Source of the DNA: a candidate division FCPU426 bacterium
GTDB lineage: Bacteria; Oederibacteriota; Muellerivitia; Muellerivitales; Muellerivitaceae
DNA: 64,000 bases
Assembly (NCBI GenBank): GCA_963771075.1
Contig: CAVYSE010000003.1
Location: forward strand, 256,001-320,000
Direction of reading: 5' to 3'
The notes under the pieces: generated by a model
Databases searched by the model: none
What the model was told of the DNA's origin: nothing
The model's input: only the letters and a program-made list of their open reading frames with translations
Shown here: positions 23,487-34,400 of the stretch, in pieces
Numbering within the stretch: position 1 is the stretch's first letter
How the letters are laid out: each line of letters begins with the position of its first letter
Program-made: the position numbers and the translations under genes

Positions 23487-24519
23487 GCTTTTGCCGGGCC
23501 CTTCGCTTCGTTTTACCGGCCTTGGGGGCGGGCTTCTTGAAATAGTTCTGGTGCCAGACCCAAGCGGTTTTCAATATGTTTTCCAGGCTGGAGTGTTCCG
23601 CCTTCCATCCCAGGACCTGTTGAGCCTTGTCCGTTTTCCCCACCAATTCAGGAGGGTCCCCCGCCCTACGGGGGCCATATTGAATGGGGATTAATTTGCC
23701 AGTAATCTTCTGGGCCTCGGAAATGACCTGCCTCACCGAATAACCCTTTCCGGTGCCGAGGTTGAAAGCGTCTCCCTCCCCTTTTTCCATCATGTGATGA
23801 AGGGCCAAATAATGCGAAACTGCCAAATCGGTGACATGGATGTAATCGCGCACACATGTTCCATCGGGGGTGGGATAATCGGTTCCAAATACGGTGATAT
23901 CTTTGCGGCGGCCCATCGCGGCGTCCAAGACCAGCGGGATCAAATGGGCTTCCGGCTCATGAACCTCTCCGATGGTTCCGGAGGCGTCCGCGCCGGCGGC
24001 GTTAAAGTAACGAAGGAAGGTGGATTTCAGTCCGTAAGCCTTCCCGTACCACCGGAGAATCTTTTCGATCATGAATTTGGAGTCGCCATAGGGATTCACG
24101 GGCTCTTGCGGATGCTCCTCCGGGATGGGTACCTGCCGGGGCTCCCCATAGGTGGCGCAGGTGGATGAGAAGATGAAATAACCGACTTTCATCTTCAGCA
24201 TGGCCGAAAACAAGTTCATGGCGTTCGTCAAATTTTCCCGGTAATACTTTTGGGGGTTCAGGACCGATTCGCCCACCGCCGCGTGGGAGGCAAAATGCAT
24301 CACGGCCACGGGCTTTACCTTGCGCAATGCCTGGAGGATTGATTTTTCATTGGCGAGGTCGCCCCGGATTAAAGCCCCTTTAGGCACCGCCCAGGCATGG
24401 CCAAGGGATAGGTTGTCGTATGCCACCGCTTCATACCCAAAACGGGCTGCTTCTTTCATGGCATGGGAGCCGATATAACCCGCCCCCCCAGTGATTAATA
24501 TTCTCTTTTTGTGGGTCAA
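23473..24519 (-). CDS. galE: UDP-glucose 4-epimerase
   Basis: TGGAGYIGSH, YGDSK, LRYFNAAGA, DGTCVRDYIHV. Confidence 0.95.
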   Translation of the reverse strand: MTHKKRILITGGAGYIGSHAMKEAARFGYEAVAYDNLSLGHAWAVPKGALIRGDLANEKSILQALRKVKPVAVMHFASHAAVGESVLNPQKYYRENLTNAMNLFSAMLKMKVGYFIFSSTCATYGEPRQVPIPEEHPQEPVNPYGDSKFMIEKILRWYGKAYGLKSTFLRYFNAAGADASGTIGEVHEPEAHLIPLVLDAAMGRRKDITVFGTDYPTPDGTCVRDYIHVTDLAVSHYLALHHMMEKGEGDAFNLGTGKGYSVRQVISEAQKITGKLIPIQYGPRRAGDPPELVGKTDKAQQVLGWKAEHSSLENILKTAWVWHQNYFKKPAPKAGKTKRRARQKLKRS

Positions 24520-25801
24520 AATTTCCTCCCGAAAACTCTTTTATTTGACAAGAAGCTTATTTTCAGCCCTAAACAAGGGAAAACATTTTCCAAAATTGTT
24601 GTTTTTTTGTCTGTTCCCTAATGAACCGGTAAAACATAATAAACCCATTGTTGAGCCGTACCAATCCTGTTTTGAAATAACAGGTAAAGAAAAATTGCCA
24701 AATAAAAAGACTCAAACATCCGTCATTCACCGGGCCTCTACCCCTCCCACCTCAAACGAAACGGCCATCACCCACCTTTTCTCCGTCAACCAAGCGCTCA
24801 TGGCTCTATATCATGTCAGCTCGGAACTTCAACTTTCTAAACCCCTTCCCGCCCTATTGAAATCCATTTTGCGCGGACTCAAAGGTGGAACCGGTATTGA
24901 TCGGGCCGCCATATTTTTGAACAACACGGACCATCACCTTCTCCAGGGAACCGCCGCCCTTGGCTTAAACGAGAAAAAGACGGCTGAGCTTTCCTTGCCA
25001 TTTGCCGACACCTGGGAGGAAGCGCTTCTGGGACTCAATAACCTGACCGCTCTCAACGGCCCCTGGCCTACCGATTTGGATTCCCTTAAAGCGGCTATTG
25101 AGGAAAAGCTGGAATGCAAATCGCTTGGGCTTTTGCCATTGGAAATGCGGGACCAACTCCTGGGTGTCTTGGCCTTCAGTATCCCCGAGATTTGTCCCAA
25201 GCCGGAGATTCTCGGGATCTTCGCACGCCAAGCCGCCATGACTATGGAGAACGCCCAACTTTTCTCCAAGGTCGAGGAAATGGCGCTGCGGGACACCTTG
25301 ACCGGGCTTTACAACCGCCGATATTTTCAACAGATCCTGGATTATGAGCTGAATCGGGCCAAGCGTTACCGACAACCCCTTTCTCTTATTTTCATCGACC
25401 TGGACCATTTCAAGGAAATCAACGATCAGTTCGGTCATTCAGTGGGGGATCAATTCCTGCGGCAGATTGCCCTGAAGCTATCCACCCTGTTCCGGACTAC
25501 CGATTTGGTGGCGCGCTACGCCGGGGATGAATTCATCGCCATTCTGCCCACCACTCCCCATGAGGGCGCCATGATCCTCGCCCGTCGAATTCTTGATCAA
25601 TTGGGAAACTACCAGCTTATGGTGAGGGGAAAAACCTTGCAGGCCTCGGTCAGCGTCGGGGTGGATACCTATCTCGGTTTGGAGGGCATTGGCAGCGTGG
25701 GATTCATTGACCGAGCCGACAAAGCCATGTACGAGGCTAAGACCAACGGGCGCAATTGCGTTAAAAGCTATCAGGAAATCTCCCAATCCGCCGTTTCTTA
25801 A
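24491..25801 (+). CDS. GAF-GGDEF diguanylate cyclase (true start probably downstream, ~24695-24800)
   Basis: DTLTGLYNRRYF, DLDHFKEIND, RTTD I-site, AGDEF variant; ORF 5' part overlaps galE start and looks non-coding. Confidence 0.85.
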   Translation: MINILFLWVKISSRKLFYLTRSLFSALNKGKHFPKLLFFCLFPNEPVKHNKPIVEPYQSCFEITGKEKLPNKKTQTSVIHRASTPPTSNETAITHLFSVNQALMALYHVSSELQLSKPLPALLKSILRGLKGGTGIDRAAIFLNNTDHHLLQGTAALGLNEKKTAELSLPFADTWEEALLGLNNLTALNGPWPTDLDSLKAAIEEKLECKSLGLLPLEMRDQLLGVLAFSIPEICPKPEILGIFARQAAMTMENAQLFSKVEEMALRDTLTGLYNRRYFQQILDYELNRAKRYRQPLSLIFIDLDHFKEINDQFGHSVGDQFLRQIALKLSTLFRTTDLVARYAGDEFIAILPTTPHEGAMILARRILDQLGNYQLMVRGKTLQASVSVGVDTYLGLEGIGSVGFIDRADKAMYEAKTNGRNCVKSYQEISQSAVS

Positions 25802-26045
25802 TCCCTTTCCAAATAATATCCTCAAAATTCAGAAGCCGTAACAAAACTCTGTTTTTTTCCCGTTTCGTGCTTTTTACTGCCCTTGGCAGAAGCCGACAGG
25901 TCGCTATAAAAGTTTAAAGTCTGGTTCCGGTTCTAAGATTGATCCGCACCAATTCAATAAACTTCTTGGGGAAGTTTGCTATATCCCATTAATTTATTTG
26001 AAAATGAAGGAAGGTAAATTCGTATATCCCGAGGTGGGGCTCGGT

Positions 26046-27566
26046 TCAGCCGATAGCGAAAAGTTTTTTCTGTCCCTCAACCGGCACCGGGTTATCTTCC
26101 AAGACCTTGATGGTCTGCAACCTGCCGTCCGCCTGGCCATTGACCCTGGCGCCTGCGTCCAACACGCTCATCAGGTAAGAATAGATTTCCTGGGTGATCA
26201 CCTCCCCCGGGCAAAGGACCGGGATGCCGGGAGGATAGGGACACACGATCTCGGCGCAAATCTTGCCCACGGACCGCTTGAATGGGATCTTGCGGGTCAA
26301 CTTGGTGAGGGCCTCGCGTGGGTTGAGTTCCTTCCTGGGCACAAAATGGGGGAAAACGATTCGTTTCTTCCGCTTCAGGTTCAGGAACATGTCCCGGTAA
26401 TCCACCGTGATCTTACGCAGAGCGGCGACCAGCTTTTTCATTTCCTTGGGCGTATTTCCCAAGGATACAAATAAGAGAATATTGTGGTAGTCGGACATTT
26501 CGGTTTGAATGCCATACTCGGAATTCAGGATCTTGGCCATGTCGTATCCCACGCAGGGTAGCCCTTTGGTGGAAATGGTCAACTTGGTGGGATCCATGTC
26601 CATGCCCGGCAATCCCCTCACCTGCTCCCGGGTCAGGCAATTCAATCCCGGAATGGAATTGATGGCCTGCCGGGTGTTTTCGCACATTTCCAGCACTTCG
26701 GTCAGGCGCTGCTCCCCCTCCTGCACCATTTGACGCCGGGAAATATCGAGCGATCCCAAAATCACGTAAGAGGGGCTGGTGGTCTGCAGCATTTGAAGCG
26801 TGGTTTTCAAACGAAGGATGTCGACCCGGATTCCCTTCACATGGAGGATGGAACCCTGGCTCAGGGCTGCCAGGTGCTTGTGGGTGGATTGAACGCAAAG
26901 GTCGGCGCCCGCGTCCATGGCCGATTTGGGAAAAGCCGGGTGAAAATGAAAATGTCCCCCATGGGCCTCATCCACCATCAGGATCTTGTCGTGTTGGTGG
27001 ACCGCTTCCGCGATGGCTTCCAGGTCCGCCGTGAGGCCAAAATAGGTCGGGCTGGTGACCAGCACTGCCTTGGCATCGGGATGCTGGCGCAGGGCCTCCT
27101 CCACCTGGTCGACCGTGAGGTTCAAAATGAGGTCGCTTGATTCGTCGATCCGGGGCATGAGATAAACCGGTTCGGCGCCCGCCAGGATGACCGCCGAGAT
27201 GACCGATTTGTGCGCGTTTCGGGGAATGATAATCTTGTCTCCCGGGTCGCATACCGAGAGGATCATGGCCTGGTTTCCCCCCGTGGTGCCGTTGACCAGG
27301 AAGAAGGAATAGTCCGCCCCATAGGCTTTCGCCGCCAGGAACTGGGCTTCCTTGATCACGCTGCTGGGTTCGTGGAGGGAGTCAATCTCGCTCATCACCG
27401 AGAGATCAAGGCGGAACACCTTTTCTCCCACGAAAGAGCGGAAAACCTTGGGGATGCCCTGACCGTGTTTATGCCCGGGGGTATGGAAGGAAATCTTGTT
27501 CTCGTTGGCATAGCCAACGATTGCGTCAAAGAGGGGCGTCTTATCCTGGCCGTCGTTAAAGGGCAT
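26046..27566 (-). CDS. Arginine/lysine/ornithine decarboxylase (PLP fold type I)
   Basis: FHTPGHK, LVNGTT, PRNAHKS, VDEAHG, QSTHK (PLP lysine), TTSPSY, PYPPGIP. Confidence 0.92.
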   Translation of the reverse strand: MPFNDGQDKTPLFDAIVGYANENKISFHTPGHKHGQGIPKVFRSFVGEKVFRLDLSVMSEIDSLHEPSSVIKEAQFLAAKAYGADYSFFLVNGTTGGNQAMILSVCDPGDKIIIPRNAHKSVISAVILAGAEPVYLMPRIDESSDLILNLTVDQVEEALRQHPDAKAVLVTSPTYFGLTADLEAIAEAVHQHDKILMVDEAHGGHFHFHPAFPKSAMDAGADLCVQSTHKHLAALSQGSILHVKGIRVDILRLKTTLQMLQTTSPSYVILGSLDISRRQMVQEGEQRLTEVLEMCENTRQAINSIPGLNCLTREQVRGLPGMDMDPTKLTISTKGLPCVGYDMAKILNSEYGIQTEMSDYHNILLFVSLGNTPKEMKKLVAALRKITVDYRDMFLNLKRKKRIVFPHFVPRKELNPREALTKLTRKIPFKRSVGKICAEIVCPYPPGIPVLCPGEVITQEIYSYLMSVLDAGARVNGQADGRLQTIKVLEDNPVPVEGQKKLFAIG

Positions 27567-27574
27567 AAATCATC

Positions 27575-28519
27575 CTAAGAGAAATTCTTCTCTTCTCCGA
27601 TGAACCGGTAGGTAAGGGGCTTATCATCGCGGATCACCTCGGTCAACCGGACTATTCCGTCCCGAATGAACTTGGGGGTGAAAAACAAGCCCTCATGGGT
27701 TTCCCCGTCGTAGTACCGCAGATCCTTGATACCCCTTCGCTTCAACACCCGGTCCACCTGTTCCCTTTTTAAAAGTTTTGAATCGGTGTTTTGGGAGGCC
27801 AGGGTGAAACTCCAAGGGATGTCAAAGGAGGGGACATTGGCCGGCCAGGAGTAGACCAAGGGGAAAACCCGCTTTAGTGTGTTATGGATTGCCGCCAGGC
27901 ATCGTAATTCCTTCTCGGCGGAACACCCGGATTGCAGTGAAACAATGCCGTTATCGGAAAGCTTATCCTTGACCATGGAATAGAACTCTTCGGTATAAAG
28001 CAGGTAGGCGGGGCCTTCTTCGACAGGCTCGGGTATATCAATAATCACCACATCGAATTTTTCTTTGCTTTTTTCTAAAAACTTCCTGCCATCCTCGTAT
28101 AAAAGGGTTGTCTTTTTATCCTTAAAGGCTCCCCGGTGCCATTCTTCCATGTATTGGTCGCAAAGATCGACAACTCGTTTATCAATATCGATCATCCACA
28201 CCTTTTCCACGGTATTGTGCCGTAATACCTCATAAAGGGTTGCCCCCTCCCCGCCGCCGATAATGACCACCTTTTTGGGCTCGGGACAGCTGACCATCGC
28301 GGGATGAACCAGGTTCTCATGGTAAATGAACTCGTCCAATTGGGCTGATTGCATATGGCCGTCCAAAATAAGGCATTTCCCGTAGTGGGAAGATTGGATG
28401 ATCTCGACTTTTTGGTAGGGCGTCTGTTCGGAAGCGTAAATTTTGGTGATCCCTCGCATGTGGGCCTCATCAGGGGCGTAAAACTCGATGTGCCAATGGG
28501 GGCTAATGATGTCGGACAT
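27575..28519 (-). CDS. speE: Polyamine aminopropyltransferase (spermidine synthase family)
   Basis: TPYQ, LILDG..QS, YHENLVHP, IIGGGEGA, DGRKF, FDVVIID. Confidence 0.93.
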   Translation of the reverse strand: MSDIISPHWHIEFYAPDEAHMRGITKIYASEQTPYQKVEIIQSSHYGKCLILDGHMQSAQLDEFIYHENLVHPAMVSCPEPKKVVIIGGGEGATLYEVLRHNTVEKVWMIDIDKRVVDLCDQYMEEWHRGAFKDKKTTLLYEDGRKFLEKSKEKFDVVIIDIPEPVEEGPAYLLYTEEFYSMVKDKLSDNGIVSLQSGCSAEKELRCLAAIHNTLKRVFPLVYSWPANVPSFDIPWSFTLASQNTDSKLLKREQVDRVLKRRGIKDLRYYDGETHEGLFFTPKFIRDGIVRLTEVIRDDKPLTYRFIGEEKNFS

Positions 28520-28633
28520 CTCGAAATCTCCCTTGTTTCAAAAATTTCATCGGAAAAGTAAAAAAAATTCGTCCACTTTTTGCGGGGTGCGGCGTCCGGC
28601 TCAATAATGATCTTCTTTTAAAATCAACTTTCT

Positions 28634-28843
28634 TTAAAAGCAGCCTTGGAAGTCATGGAAGATGGTGGAGAGGCCGGGATTTGTTGAGAACCGCTGAAAT
28701 GGTTTCCCGTCCCGGGGGTGTTTAGGGGCGATGGGTCTCTCTAGATTGACTTTCCTGGGCGACTCACGAATTAACTTCGGGCTCTCAAATTTAAAAAACC
28801 ATCCAACGAATGGTCTTAACGATGCGAATCCGAATCCCAACAT
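28634..28843 (-). CDS. Putative leader uORF (69 aa) in the speE operon 5' UTR
   Basis: ATG ~28 nt after predicted TSS; MLGFGFASLRPFVGWFFKFESPKLIRESPRKVNLERPIAP...; no clear SD. Confidence 0.45.
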   Translation of the reverse strand: MLGFGFASLRPFVGWFFKFESPKLIRESPRKVNLERPIAPKHPRDGKPFQRFSTNPGLSTIFHDFQGCF

Positions 28844-28877
28844 CGATTTTCGCCGAAATTCGTGACAACTTTTTTCA

Positions 28878-28905
28878 AGTATAAAACGATTCAAAAAGCT
28901 GTCAA
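28878..28905 (-). promoter_or_regulatory. sigma70 promoter of speE-decarboxylase operon
   Basis: Minus strand TTGACA-16 nt-TATACT. Confidence 0.7.
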
Positions 28906-29015
28906 GAAAATACTGGCTTTTCACCTTCCAAACGGAAAGGTTTTGCTCCGCCTCTAAATTTTTTTCCCTCGCGAATGATAAACTATCTCCCACTCTCCAA
29001 CCGAAAGGAAAAATT

Positions 29016-31361
29016 TTGTTCGATTCAAGGGTGCGGTTCCTCGCCTTGCGGCTTTTAATGATTTCCGTTTTGTTCCTGACTCCCCTTCTTTACTTTACCC
29101 CGGCTCATGACCAGTTTGAGTTGCCAAAACTGGTTTTTTTGGCCCTTTCCACCACCCTTATGCTGGCCCTTTCCCTGACTTTTATCAAAAGATCATTCAT
29201 GGGCCCATTGGGAATCGCTCTTTTTCTTCTCTTGGCGGCCCAAATCGTCAGCTCCCTCCCCGGCAACAGCCTCAGTTGGCAGGCAAGCCTGCTTGGAGAT
29301 TACGAAAATTTCTCGGGCATTGCGACTTTTCTCACTTACCTTTCCTGTTTTTTTGCTTTTCTCTCAGCCTTCCAAACCCACCCTGGGGAAAAACCGTTTT
29401 TTTTCATCTCCCTATCCGCTCTTCTTTCCGCCCTTTACGCCTTGGCCCAGCATTTCAATTTGGATTTTGTCCAATGGAACCCTAATACGGTCAATGCCAC
29501 CCGTGAATTCGCTTCTTTGGGTAACCCGAACTTTCTTTCTGCCTTTTTGGCCATGGCACTCCCCCTCTGGCTGGCCTGGCTCAGCGTTAAAAACGTGAAA
29601 ATCCCTAATTCCCCTTCAGCCAACTGGTGGATCGCCTTTGTTTTGGGACTCTCCTTGCTTTACATAAGCACCTTTCGAGGCCACCTTTTTTTAGGTTCAG
29701 GTTTTCCCTCCTGGATGATCGAACTAATTAAACTAGTTGGCCTCCTCTTGTTTTCCTTGGGCTCGGCCAGGCTTCTGTTGTCCGCCCGTTCTTGGTTCAA
29801 AATCCCGGGTTTGGCGATTTTGGCATTGGGACTGGTGAGCACGGGAAGCCGCGGTGGATTTTTCGCCGCGATTTTGGCCTGGTGCCTTTACACGGTCCTT
29901 ACCCTCCAACGGTCGAAGAGCTCGAACTCGGACTTTAAGCCCAAACTTCCGGCCCTTTTCAAAATAATTCTCTTATTGGTATTGCTCCTCCCAATCCTAT
30001 GGGTTGGCCGTTCATTTTTGGACCGTTTTTATCAATCCCTGACCCATATTGGGGAAAGTTTGGCCACTTCCCGCCTCGAGATTTGGCGGCCCGCCTTGAA
30101 AATGGTGGAAGCCCATCCCCTTTGGGGCGTGGGTTTGGATACCTTCAAACCCGCATTTCCCTTTTACAGCGGAATCGGGTTCAACCATATTGACGGAATG
30201 TTTGTCAGCTCCCGCACCGCCCACAATGAAATGCTCCAATTGGCCGCTACAACCGGCTTGGTCGGGCTGGGCGCCTATCTTCTTCTTTGGGGCTTATTTT
30301 TCCTCCTATCCTTCAAGGTCTGGCGAAGCTCGGGGCCGGATTCAAAGAACCTGGCGGCCGGGGTTATGAGTTGCGCGGTCGCTTATCAGCTCCAGAATCT
30401 TTTCAGTTTTGACGTGTCGGCGGTCGGAATGGTCAGTTTTTGGCTTTTGGCCTGGATCGACAATCTCTCCCCTCAACCCATCCTGGCCGAAAACAAAATT
30501 TTAAAATTCCTACGCTACGGTTTTCCGGGCTTGCTCCTGCTCCTCGGCCTTTTCTTTCCACTAACCCGTTTCGTGGCGGATCAGTGTTTTGCACAGGCGG
30601 AGGGCGTGAGCGAATATCTCAAGAAGCCCGGGGCCGAAGCCAAAACGCAGGACCTGTTGGAATTTTCCAATCTGGGAATCCAATGGAACCTGAGGGCGAT
30701 CAATATTTGCCCCCTGGAGGTAAAATACCGGCTTTACTTGGGGCTAGCCTATGAACAACGGGCCCAATTGGACCTGAACCAATCCAACACATGGATGGAA
30801 AAGGCCCTAGATAGCTACCGCCAGGCGGTCTTAATGAGTCCCGCCAACGGTTATTACTATAATGACGAAGGCCGTGTATGCGCCAACCTAGGGGATAGGG
30901 ACCCCGCCTACCGGCCCCAAGCGGTCGAGGCCTATCAACAGGCCGTCCATTGGGCTCCGGCCAGCCCCTTCTTTTGGGTCAACTTAGGGCTCGCCCAGGA
31001 AGAGAACGGGAAACCGGACGAGGCTTCCCAATCATTGAAGACGGCCTTTAGTTTGGACTCCCCCTTTACCGCCCGCTGCTTGGCCCAAGCGGCGGTGCTG
31101 GATTACCAGAACGGAAGGAAAGCCGGAGCCCTGGATAAACTGAGGGTTTCGATGGATGGAAACACGACCATCCCCGAGCCCTACTTTTACCGGGGGTTGA
31201 TCGAGTTGGAGGCCCACCAGAGGGCAGATGCCCTTCGGGACCTTCTGGAGGCAAAAAAAAGAACGGACCCGGCCAATCCGGGAGAGATGTCAAACCTGGA
31301 TGTTTTCATCCAACAGGTCTATCTGCCGGTGCCAAGGCACGCAAAAAGCCAACAACCCTAA
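29016..31361 (+). CDS. O-antigen ligase-like membrane protein with C-terminal TPRs
   Basis: FELPK, SLGNPNFL, TGSRGG, RLEIW..A..M...HPLWGVG, AHNEMLQ; TPR tail. Confidence 0.85.
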   Translation: MFDSRVRFLALRLLMISVLFLTPLLYFTPAHDQFELPKLVFLALSTTLMLALSLTFIKRSFMGPLGIALFLLLAAQIVSSLPGNSLSWQASLLGDYENFSGIATFLTYLSCFFAFLSAFQTHPGEKPFFFISLSALLSALYALAQHFNLDFVQWNPNTVNATREFASLGNPNFLSAFLAMALPLWLAWLSVKNVKIPNSPSANWWIAFVLGLSLLYISTFRGHLFLGSGFPSWMIELIKLVGLLLFSLGSARLLLSARSWFKIPGLAILALGLVSTGSRGGFFAAILAWCLYTVLTLQRSKSSNSDFKPKLPALFKIILLLVLLLPILWVGRSFLDRFYQSLTHIGESLATSRLEIWRPALKMVEAHPLWGVGLDTFKPAFPFYSGIGFNHIDGMFVSSRTAHNEMLQLAATTGLVGLGAYLLLWGLFFLLSFKVWRSSGPDSKNLAAGVMSCAVAYQLQNLFSFDVSAVGMVSFWLLAWIDNLSPQPILAENKILKFLRYGFPGLLLLLGLFFPLTRFVADQCFAQAEGVSEYLKKPGAEAKTQDLLEFSNLGIQWNLRAINICPLEVKYRLYLGLAYEQRAQLDLNQSNTWMEKALDSYRQAVLMSPANGYYYNDEGRVCANLGDRDPAYRPQAVEAYQQAVHWAPASPFFWVNLGLAQEENGKPDEASQSLKTAFSLDSPFTARCLAQAAVLDYQNGRKAGALDKLRVSMDGNTTIPEPYFYRGLIELEAHQRADALRDLLEAKKRTDPANPGEMSNLDVFIQQVYLPVPRHAKSQQP

Positions 31362-31430
31362 AAGACTAAAACAGCAAAAACTTTTACCAAAACCCGTTGG
31401 CTTATAACAATAGGATCAGGGTTCGAGCCT

Positions 31431-34400
31431 CTAATTCCCTTCATCTGCGTTGGATGAGGTCGAAAGTTTAAGTGACGAATCAAGCTCAATCTCCACCCGA
31501 TCATCCCCAAGCAAAAGGGCGATTTCCCTCAGGAACCCTTTGGTGGGCTTCACGCTGAATTCCGGTCCCGCCTCGACCACGACCAACCCATGGTGTCCCG
31601 TTTGAAGCTTGAACCTCACCGCCGCCTTCCCGGGATGCCTCTGGCAGACGCTTTGAACATTGGGCAGGAGCGTGTCATCCAGCCCCACGACGTTCAGTTC
31701 CAGGCTCACGCGCTTGGCCCATTTCACTCCCATTTCATTGATATCGATTACGTCGTTCGCCACTACCTGGAGCCGGTTCCCGGTCTTATCCAGCCTTCCC
31801 CTGAGGGCCACCAGCCGATCCTTTTCCAAAAGGCCGTGAAATTTCCGGTAAGTCTCGGGCCAAGCGATGACTTCCACGTGGGTGTGAAGGTCTTCCAGCA
31901 CGAACCGGCCGAATTCCTCCTTACTTTTGCGTGAGAGGGTCTTGGAGAAACTGCGGATCAACCCGCCGATGCGCACATCCGCGCCGTCCGGGTATTCCTC
32001 CAGATCATTTAAATTGATGACGTAATGTTCCAGTTCCTTCTCGTGCTCGGACAGGGGGTGGCCTGAGAGATATAGGCCCAACACATCTTTTTCCCCATTC
32101 AGCACCTGGGCGGCCGACCATTCCGGCGTCCCGGATTGGGGTTCCGGTGCCCCCCCCTCCGCCAGCCCCCCGAAAAGGGAGGTTTGGCCGGTCAATAGGT
32201 CGCTCTGGGAACCCTGGCCCCGCCGGAAGGCCTGTTCCAGCTGGGCCGTCAACCCGGCGCGGGTGGCTCCGGGAAAAGAAAAGGCCCCCGCCAGGATGAG
32301 GCTTTCCATCATCTTGGGGGTGAAGCACTTCAAATCGACACGGTTGCAAAAATCGGCAAGACTCTTGAAAGGGCCGTCCACGGCGCGGGCCTTCAATATG
32401 GCGTCCATGGCCGGGCTTCCTACGTTTTTAACCGCCGTCAGCGAGAACCGGATCGCCCCCTCCTGGGTCACCACGAATTCCCTTCCGCTTTGGTTCACGT
32501 CTGGCGGCAAAACCACATAACCCATGCGGCGGCTCTCATAAACATATTGGGAGATCTTGTCCTGGTTTCCCGTCTCGCTGGTGAGCAAGGCGGCCATGAA
32601 CTCCGCCCCGAAATGGGTCTTCAGATAGGCGGTTTGGAAGGCCACCAGGGCGTAGGCGGCGCTGTGGGATTTGTTGAATCCATAACCCGCGAATTTGGCC
32701 ATGTGGTTGAAGATGGCCTCCGCGGTATCGCCCGGGATGTCCCGGTCCTTGGCTCCGGAAATGAATTGGCTTCGCATTCTTTCCATTTTTTCAGGGTTTT
32801 TGGACCCCATGGCCCTGCGTAGCAAATCGGCCTGGCCCAGGCTAAAACCGCCCAGGTCCTTGGCGATCCGCATCACCTGTTCCTGGTAGACGATGACGCC
32901 ATAGGTGGTTTTCAATACGGGTTCCAGGAGGGGGTGAAGGTATTCCACCTTTACTTGCCCCTTTTTGCGCCGGATAAAGTCGTCCACCATGTCCGAACCC
33001 AGGGGGCCCGGCCGATACAAGGCGTTCATGGCGATGATGTCCTCAATATTGCCGGGGGATAACTTCCGCAGGTAATCCCGCATCCCCCTCGATTCCATTT
33101 GGAATACACCCAGTGTGCGCGCGTCGCGGAATAGCCGGAAGGTGGGGTTATCGTCCAAGGGAAACTGCTCGGGTTTCAGGATGAGGCCCTTTCGTTCCCG
33201 AACCAGCCGGATCGCGTCATCAATGACCGAAAGGGTCCGCAATCCGAGGATATCCAATTTCAAAAGGCCCACGTCTTTCAGGGCGTTCATGTCGTATTGG
33301 GTCAGGATTTCATCGTGAACGCCTTTGCAAAGGGGTATGGTCGAAAGAAGGGGCTCGTCGCTGATGATGATTCCCGCCGCGTGGGTGGAAACGTGGCGGA
33401 CTAGCCCCTCCAGCGCCTTGGAGATGTCCCACCATTGGCGGTGGGGCCCTTCCTCGGACGCGATGGCCTTGAGTTCGGGAACCCTTCCCTCCACATCGCT
33501 GAGGGTCACCTTTAGCTCGTAGGGGATCAGCTTGGCGATCCGGTCCACCTCGGCCAGGGGGATTTCCAAAACCCGGCCCACGTCCCTCACCACTGCCTTG
33601 GCGGCCATAGTCCCAAAGGTCACGATTGAAGCCACCCGGTCCTTGCCGTAGGTTTGGGTTACGTAGTCCAGCACCTCTCCCCGACGGGTGTCGCTCACAT
33701 CCACGTCGATATCCGGCGCGCTCACCCGCTCGGGATTGATAAACCTTTCAAAGAGGAGGTCGTAACGCAGCGGGTCCACGTCCGTAATGCCGGTAAGGAA
33801 TGACACCAGGCTTCCGGCGGCCGATCCCCGGCCCGGCCCCACCGGGATCCCTTTTTCCCTGGCGCGGGCGATGATGTCCCAGACGATGAGGAAATACCCC
33901 GCGAAACCCGTTTCATTTATGACTGAAAGCTCATTCTTCAGCCTTTCCTGAACCAGGACTTCCTGGCTCTTGTCCACGTAACGATTCGGGATCGCGTCTT
34001 GGCAAATCTTTTCCAGGAACGCGTTGGCGTTCGTCCCTTCCGGGAGGAGGGGGAAAGAGGGCATGCGGGTTTTCTCGAATTCCAATTCCACGTTGCACCG
34101 CATGGCGATATCGATGGTATGGCGAAGGGCTTCCGGTATTTCCCCGAAAAGGCTTCCCATTTCCTCCTGGCTCTTAAGGTAATACTGGTCGGAACCCCAG
34201 GTGGAGTGTTGGGGGTCGGAAAACACCTGTCCCTTCCCCAGGCACAATAAAACCTCGTGGCGTGGGGCGTCCCGGCGCAGAAGGTAGCCCACCCCGTTGG
34301 CCGCGACGGTTGAAATGTCGGTTTTCTTTGATAGTTCCAGCAAGCTTTGAAGGACAAGGCGGTCGTCGGGCTTGCCGTGGTCGGTCAACTCCAGGAAAAA

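Noticed and set aside
28663..28692. tRNA/tmRNA-like 3' end on the minus strand (GGTTC..AAATCCCGGCCTCTCCACCA)
   Set aside because: T-loop is interrupted and there is no matching acceptor 5' strand or D/anticodon arms; it lies inside the speE leader ORF.
28844..28993. 5' extension of the 119-aa ORF in the track
   Set aside because: It runs through the predicted promoter; only the part from ATG 28843 is plausible.
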